The position numbers were made by a program, and so were the translations under genes. Positions 6,841-11,793 of a stretch of DNA of 11,793 nt are shown in pieces. The notes under the pieces are model-generated. The model ran no database searches. It saw only the letters and a program-made list of their open reading frames with translations, and was not told the origin of the DNA. Source of the DNA: Candidatus Bathyarchaeota archaeon (GTDB lineage Archaea > Thermoproteota > Bathyarchaeia > Bathyarchaeales > Bathycorpusculaceae); the NCBI GenBank assembly GCA_963775465.1, contig CAVZIW010000007.1, forward strand, positions 1 through 11,793, written 5' to 3'. Numbering within the stretch: the first letter of the stretch is position 1; each line of letters begins with the position of its first letter.

Positions 6841-7287
6841 TTGGTAAAAAGAAGAGACCCTCATAATGTTGAGTGTAGAAGTGATATTGATGAGTTTATT
6901 TGCTGTGCTCAAAGATGGACGCCCCTCTACAAAAGACTAGTAAATACCTTAGCTAGACTCCCTGAAGAGGTTTATCGGTTTACTTTGGAGAATGTTTCTT
7001 TTCATGCGGGTCAAAGTCAGACTTTGGAAGTTAAAGAATTAGTTAAGCCCTGCATGATAATTTTGAAGCGAACCGATTCAGAATCTCTAATAGCCCACGA
7101 AATAGCTCACGCCTACCTCGGGCACGCAAAAACGAAAAACAGGATCAAAAACATAGAGTTAGATGCTGAGGCGTTACGAAAGAAATGGGGTTTTAAGAAA
7201 AAAGAAATCTGCCCCAGCTATCCTCGATGGTGCCTTAAATGCCACAACCCCCATTGCGCCGAAAGCAAAGCGGGAAAACTTGGCTGA
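6841..7287 (+). CDS. Zincin-type metallopeptidase (ImmA/IrrE- or M48-like) with a Cys-rich C-terminal tail
   Basis: 148-aa TTG-start ORF; IAHEIAHAYLGH (HExxH at aa 86-90) followed by ELDAEAL..KWGF (downstream Glu ligand helix); tail C-x6-C-x2-C-x4-C. Confidence 0.7.
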   Translation: MVKRRDPHNVECRSDIDEFICCAQRWTPLYKRLVNTLARLPEEVYRFTLENVSFHAGQSQTLEVKELVKPCMIILKRTDSESLIAHEIAHAYLGHAKTKNRIKNIELDAEALRKKWGFKKKEICPSYPRWCLKCHNPHCAESKAGKLG

Positions 7288-7293
7288 TACTTC

Positions 7294-7404
7294 ATGATCT
7301 GGGCACCCCTCGCCCATGCAAGATGTTTCAGCAAATATCACTATCTAAACGACAAACTAGGTGCAGGAGTTCGGTGTTTCGTTGCCTTCTACCAAAGCAA
7401 ACCA
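7294..7404 (+). pseudogene. Fragment of a YHYL-motif GNAT/Mom-like gene
   Basis: 7327-7404 translates to FSKYHYLNDKLGAGVRCFVAFYQSKP; the adjacent frame gives CKMF immediately before it, consistent with a one-base frameshift. Family match is from recalled motif only. Confidence 0.4.
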
Positions 7405-7438
7405 TATGCTGTCAAAGCTGTAGCCTGCAAAGATGAAC

Positions 7439-7613
7439 TATATGGTGATAAAACAAAATAACTAACGTAAAAGTAATAATCGCACCCGTCATAGTTGTAG
7501 CGAATGCAGCTGCCGGAGCCTTAATCTCCAGCGGAATCGGCAAAGAAACAACAAACGAAGTAGCAGCGCCCGCACCAAAAAACGCAGTCACTGCAACTGC
7601 TCAAGAAAAATAG
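7439..7613 (+). pseudogene. Start-less diverged paralog of the 6333-6638 gene
   Basis: 21-nt identity TATATGGTGATAAAACAAAAT between 6314-6334 and 7439-7459. ATG is replaced by ATA (7458-7460), and the frame continues ITNVKVIIAPVIVVA... (versus MNTKVIIALVAVTA) to TAG at 7611-7613. Confidence 0.6.
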
Positions 7614-7668
7614 CCTCCAAAAAAAATTATAGCATCCGCTAATGCCAAAAAAATCTTAATTTTTATAT

Positions 7669-7761
7669 AAAAAGAAACAGTAGTTTGTGGAAGCTGGAAT
7701 GGCGCCGCCGAAAGGAAACGCGACTCCAGCCACACCTGTATACTGTATCTCTTCTTTTTTT
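7669..7761. ncRNA. Candidate small structured RNA / hairpin element
   Basis: Nested pairings ACAGTA/TACTGT, TGTG/CACA, GCTGGA/TCCAGC and GCG/CGC with a CC-GAAA-GG cap; TTTATATA at 7662-7669 upstream and a T-run at 7752-7761 downstream. Confidence 0.4.
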
Positions 7762-8002
7762 GATTAAAAATCTCTTCAAGTTATTGTTATACTTGGGAGC
7801 TTAGAATTTTTGATTTAGCACTTCGCGCTTGATGTCGACACAATTTTTCCTTGTTTCGCGTTTCTCCTTTTTCTTGGATATTCTCTTAAACCAATTGAAG
7901 TAGCGTTAATATATTGATAACCAAAAACATCTTTGAACTGATAGACCTGAAGAAGCTCACTCGAAAAAGATTTTAAAAAAATTCGTCAGACTTGGACACC
8001 TC

Positions 8003-8024
8003 GGAGCCAGGGACGGGCTTTTGA
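8003..8024 (-). other. tRNA 3'-end-like fragment (tRNA-Cys-like), possible att-site scar
   Basis: Minus strand TCAAAAG-CCCGT-CCCTGGC-T-CC has the layout degenerate T-loop / T-stem 3' strand / acceptor 3' strand / U73 discriminator / CC. No matching GCCAGGG 5' half nearby. Confidence 0.35.
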
Positions 8025-8271
8025 GTTGAAGTACGATTCCCTAACCCGCTTAGACTTCAAAGGAGTGTTTTGCATACAGATTACCGAATCCTCCAGTAGC
8101 ATAATTGGGTATAAAAATGAGCCTTGATACGTACAACATTATTAATACTAGTTTGTTAGTCACTGAATATCAATCAAGTGGACTAAAAGTATCAAATTGA
8201 ATTACATCTTTGGATTTTTGCCTTAGCAAATGGTTCAAAGAGACAGGATTATCTAAAGAGGAACTTGTGAA

Positions 8272-11200
8272 ATGTCTAAAGTTGAACAATCAGTTATAAC
8301 CGTAGGTATTGGCGCTTCTGCAGGCGGATTAGAAGCGTTCAAAGTTTTGTTCGAATGTTTATCTGTCGACACAGGTCTTGCTTTTGTTATTGTCCAGCAT
8401 TTAGCGACTGGTCAAGAAAGCATGCTGACAGATATTCTCTCAAGATTTACAAAAATGCCCGTCCAAACTGTCAAAGATGGCATTCCCGTCGAACCGAACC
8501 ACGTCTACGTGATTCCGCCTGGAAAAATCATGACAATGGAAAACAAGGTTCTCAAGCTCAACTCAAAGGGTAAGGCAATCAAACCCATAGATACATTCTT
8601 CATTTCTCTGGCTGAAAATTTGAAAACTCAAAGCTTAGGAATTGTGCTATCTGGAACGGGTTCTGATGGAACAGAAGGTCTAAAAGCCATCAAAACTCAA
8701 GGAGGAATAACTTTTGCACAAACTCCACTCTCTGCCCAATATGGCGACATGCCCCAAAGCGCAATTTCCGCCGAAGCAGCAGATTTTGTTCTGCCACCAG
8801 ACAAAATTGCAGAAGAACTTCAAATAATCGCTACAAACCCTCAAATAGCACGGAACGAAATAGCGGCAAAAGAAGAAACTGGAACAAAAGCAGCAAAACC
8901 AAAAAAAGAAACAAGCTTAAACGCAATATTTACATTGCTAAAGCTCAATTTCAATGTTGATTTCTCACATTTCAAAGAAACAGTTGTAAACAGGCGTGTC
9001 TCACGCCGAATGGTAATCAACCACATAGAAAAAATAACGAATTATGCAAACTATCTGCGGACGCATCCAAACGAATTGGAAGCTTTATACGCTGATATGC
9101 TAATAGGTGTAACAAGTTTCTTTAGAGAACCTGAAACATTTGTTGCACTCAAAGAAACGGTGTTTCCCAGTTTAGTGAAAAATCGCTCGCCAAATGAACC
9201 TATTCGGTTTTGGATTTCAGCTTGTTCAACTGGCGAAGAAGCATATTCATTCGCCATAGCAATCCAGGAATACCTAGAAGAAAACGCAATAACTGAGCTT
9301 CAAGTGCAAATTTTCGGCACAGACATAAACGAAAAAAACATTGAAAAAGCAAGACAAGGAATCTACCCAATAACCATAGAAACAGATGTCGATGAAAAGC
9401 GACTGAAACGGTTCTTTAAAAGCATCAATGACCACTATCAAATCTCTAAGCCTATTCGGGATAAGTGTGTTTTTGCGAAGCAAGATATTACGGCTGATCC
9501 GCCCTTTTCTAATATGGATCTAATCAGTTGCCGTAATATGCTAATCTACTTTGATGAGAATCTCCATGAAAGAGTAGTTCCTACGTTGCATTACGCATTA
9601 AAAATGGGTGGTTTTCTTGTCCTTGGGCAATCTGAAAGTATCGGAAAATTCACCCAGTTATTTGAATCCATAAGCAAAAGGAGTGCCATCTACATAAAAA
9701 AGAAAGCCCAGCCCCGAGTAGAATTTGGGCTTCAAGCAGCAATGCCTTATTTAAAGCGTAAGGACGTGAAAGGAAGCGAGAAGAAAGACGCACTTTCAGA
9801 TTTGAAAGATGAGGTCGATCGATTGCTAGTCACTGAGTATGTGCCTGCAGCCTTGTTGGTTAATGCTGATTTGGACATTCTTATTTTTCGGGGAAACATT
9901 GCACCGTTTGTTTTACCTGAATCAGGATTGGCGAGTTTGAATCTTGCAAAGATTATCCGTAAGGGATTAAGATCTGAGGTTCAGACAGCGATCTATAGGG
10001 CAAAAAAAGAGGATAAACCTGTCAAAGAAAATGCTGTGCGTTTTGAATATGCTGGAGAACAGAAGACGATTAACATTCAAGTAGTGCCGATGCATGTTGA
10101 ACAATATGAGTCACCTTTTTTCCTTCTGTTGTTTGAAGATGTAAGTTCAGCGGCAAATCTTTTACGCCAAACAAATGAATTGAATATTACCCCTGAGGGT
10201 CGTGAAAACGTTAAAGATCGCCAGAATAGAGATCTTCGGGAAGAGTTAGATTCGACTAAACAAACTTTGCAGAGAATTATTGAAACTCAAGAAGCTACTA
10301 ACGAAGAATTGAGAACTACTATGGAAGAGGCGCAGTCAAGCAACGAGGAGTTGCAAAGCACCAACGAAGAATTGGAAACAGCAAAAGAAGAACTCCAGTC
10401 AAGCAACGAAGAATTAAAGACGTTGAACGATGAGGTGAAGAACCGAAACCAAACGCTTGCACAATTGAACGATGACTTAACCAACGTGAATAAAAACGTG
10501 GATCCCGCCATTGTTATCGTCGATAAAAACCTAAAGATTAGGTTGTTTTCGCCTTCGGCACAGAAAATCCTGAATCTTTCTCCATCAACGCTTGGATTAC
10601 CGATCACGGGTCTCAAACTGAGTATAACAGTTGAAAACTTGGAAGAAGCAATTTCAGAAGTTGTTTCTGTACTCACTTCTATTACCAGAGAAGTGAAGGA
10701 TGCCCAAGGTCAACATTACGAAATGCGAATACGCCCGTACATAACACAAGAAGATATGATAGACGGTGCTGTTTTGTCCTTTACCGATATTGAAGACAGA
10801 AAAAAACTTGAAAAAGCTCTACGACTGGCCACTATTGGTGAAACAGCAGGTATGGTTGGTCATGATATTCGAAATCCACTACAGGCGATAGTTAGCGATG
10901 TTTTCTTAGCGAAGACATATTTAGCTTCTTTTCCAGATAATGAAGAGAAGAAAAATCTTGCAGAAAGCCTAGAAGCCATTGAGAGGAATACAGATTACAT
11001 CAATAAAATTGTAGCTGACTTGCAAGATTATGCAAAGACGATCAACCCTGTTGCTCAAGAAACTGACTTAGGCGCCTTATGCAAGGAGTTGCTGTTAGCA
11101 AAAAGCGTACCCCAAAACATCAAGACCTCATGTAATATCGAAAACGCGGCTAAAAATATCATATCTGATGGTGCTTTGCTAAAGCGTGTTCTTGACAATT

Positions 11201-11490
11201 TGGTCTCTAATGCCGTTCAAGCTATGCCTAACGGTGGAGAACTATCTATGAGGGCAAGCCAAGAAGCAGGTGACATTCTCATCACTATTCATGATACAGG
11301 TATCGGAATCCCAGATAAAGTCAAGCCGAACATTTTCACTCCATTCTTCACCTCCAAATCAAAAGGTCAAGGTTTAGGATTAGCCGTGGTAAAGCGCATG
11401 ATTGAAGCAATAAACGGAACAGTAACCTTCGAAAGCACAGAAGGAAATGGCACAACTTTCATAGTGCGGTTCCCTCTCAAAAAGAGTTAA
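8272..11490 (+). CDS. CheB methylesterase-CheR methyltransferase-PAS-coiled coil-PAS-histidine kinase fusion (CheB/CheR fusion sensor kinase)
   Basis: CheB triad motifs GASAGG, VQHL and GSDG; CheR motifs VTSFFRE, CSTGEEAYS, FGTDI, CRNMLIYF and GGFLVLGQSE; EELQSxN heptads; PAS-like segments. HisKA GHDIRNPL (His864) and HATPase boxes NAVQA, DTGIGI, FTPFFTSK, GQGLGL. No TM helix and no receiver domain. Confidence 0.95.
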   Translation: MSKVEQSVITVGIGASAGGLEAFKVLFECLSVDTGLAFVIVQHLATGQESMLTDILSRFTKMPVQTVKDGIPVEPNHVYVIPPGKIMTMENKVLKLNSKGKAIKPIDTFFISLAENLKTQSLGIVLSGTGSDGTEGLKAIKTQGGITFAQTPLSAQYGDMPQSAISAEAADFVLPPDKIAEELQIIATNPQIARNEIAAKEETGTKAAKPKKETSLNAIFTLLKLNFNVDFSHFKETVVNRRVSRRMVINHIEKITNYANYLRTHPNELEALYADMLIGVTSFFREPETFVALKETVFPSLVKNRSPNEPIRFWISACSTGEEAYSFAIAIQEYLEENAITELQVQIFGTDINEKNIEKARQGIYPITIETDVDEKRLKRFFKSINDHYQISKPIRDKCVFAKQDITADPPFSNMDLISCRNMLIYFDENLHERVVPTLHYALKMGGFLVLGQSESIGKFTQLFESISKRSAIYIKKKAQPRVEFGLQAAMPYLKRKDVKGSEKKDALSDLKDEVDRLLVTEYVPAALLVNADLDILIFRGNIAPFVLPESGLASLNLAKIIRKGLRSEVQTAIYRAKKEDKPVKENAVRFEYAGEQKTINIQVVPMHVEQYESPFFLLLFEDVSSAANLLRQTNELNITPEGRENVKDRQNRDLREELDSTKQTLQRIIETQEATNEELRTTMEEAQSSNEELQSTNEELETAKEELQSSNEELKTLNDEVKNRNQTLAQLNDDLTNVNKNVDPAIVIVDKNLKIRLFSPSAQKILNLSPSTLGLPITGLKLSITVENLEEAISEVVSVLTSITREVKDAQGQHYEMRIRPYITQEDMIDGAVLSFTDIEDRKKLEKALRLATIGETAGMVGHDIRNPLQAIVSDVFLAKTYLASFPDNEEKKNLAESLEAIERNTDYINKIVADLQDYAKTINPVAQETDLGALCKELLLAKSVPQNIKTSCNIENAAKNIISDGALLKRVLDNLVSNAVQAMPNGGELSMRASQEAGDILITIHDTGIGIPDKVKPNIFTPFFTSKSKGQGLGLAVVKRMIEAINGTVTFESTEGNGTTFIVRFPLKKS

Positions 11491-11543
11491 ACGTAAAATT
11501 TTAAGCGAGATTAGATTCTAATTTCTTTTCTAAGAACGAATAA

Positions 11544-11699
11544 GGTGGCGTTAGACTCACTTCCCTCGCCCACGCTGTTGGGGAACCGACCCCCTGTCCA
11601 GTCATGTTAGTTTTTGTACTTGGGATGGGAATTGAATTCTAACCAGCATGGCGACATCGCCAATTCTGCTTCTTCTACACCAGACACTTTCTTTTTTTT
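11544..11699. ncRNA. Candidate structured element downstream of the kinase gene, ending in an oligo-T run
   Basis: Imperfect 18-bp inverted repeat between 11550-11572 and 11621-11643, inner GGGG-AACCGA-CCCC hairpin (11580-11593), GGCGA-CA-TCGCC (11650-11661), and a T-run at 11688-11699. Confidence 0.35.
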
Positions 11700-11793
11700 A
11701 TCTTAATGAGCTGTTTTAAGAAACTTTGCACTTGACGAAAAATGATAATGATGATTACCCTTATCCGGAAAAACATAACTTTAATCTACATTA

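Noticed and set aside
7686-7734. Hairpin as archaeal SECIS, group II intron domain V or c-di-GMP riboswitch
   Set aside because: No in-frame TGA selenoprotein gene nearby and no opposing A in the GAA bulge; wrong length and no domain VI for D5; GEMM consensus GCAAA...GACGCAAAG is absent.
8003-8100. Complete or intron-containing tRNA-Cys on the minus strand (GCGGG could pair with CCCGT; ATGCAAA lies upstream)
   Set aside because: The acceptor 5' strand GCCAGGG is missing, the anticodon stem is only 3 bp, and there is no bulge-helix-bulge motif. Only the 3' fragment is kept as a weak call.
1935-10676. Remaining 60-130 aa ORFs nested in or antisense to the long genes (e.g. 1935-2177, 3644-3856, 8355-8573, 10287-10676)
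   Set aside because: Entirely or almost entirely overlapping well-supported CDSs, with no motifs; 10287-10676 is the antisense shadow of the EELQS heptads.

Overview
An archaeal-looking accessory region; the gene families and the GGTGAT/AGGAGA ribosome-binding sites, TATA boxes and oligo-T terminators suggest Bathyarchaeia, though this is inferred from family style only. Intact genes: two membrane-anchored PQQ-like beta-propeller surface proteins (199-1449 +, 3432-6008 -), a two-TM long helical-hairpin protein (1657-2562), a small exported Gly/Tyr-tailed protein (6333-6638), an HExxH zinc metallopeptidase with a Cys-rich tail (6841-7287), and a CheB-CheR-PAS-coiled-coil-PAS-histidine kinase fusion (8272-11490). 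Decayed material lies between them: a DUF3368/PIN toxin broken by an in-frame TAA with only the 3' end of its antitoxin left, a start-less paralog of the Gly/Tyr gene, a YHYL-motif (Mom/GNAT-like) gene fragment and a tRNA-Cys-like 3' fragment. The least explained signals are non-coding: a ~100-nt structured element at 3270-3381 with a diverged partial second copy at the window start, two more GC-rich hairpin elements followed by T-runs (7669-7761, 11544-11699), a 5'-UTR hairpin, and 11-bp-phased TGTTTCA repeats upstream of a weak promoter. No CRISPR array, rRNA, complete tRNA or transposase was seen.
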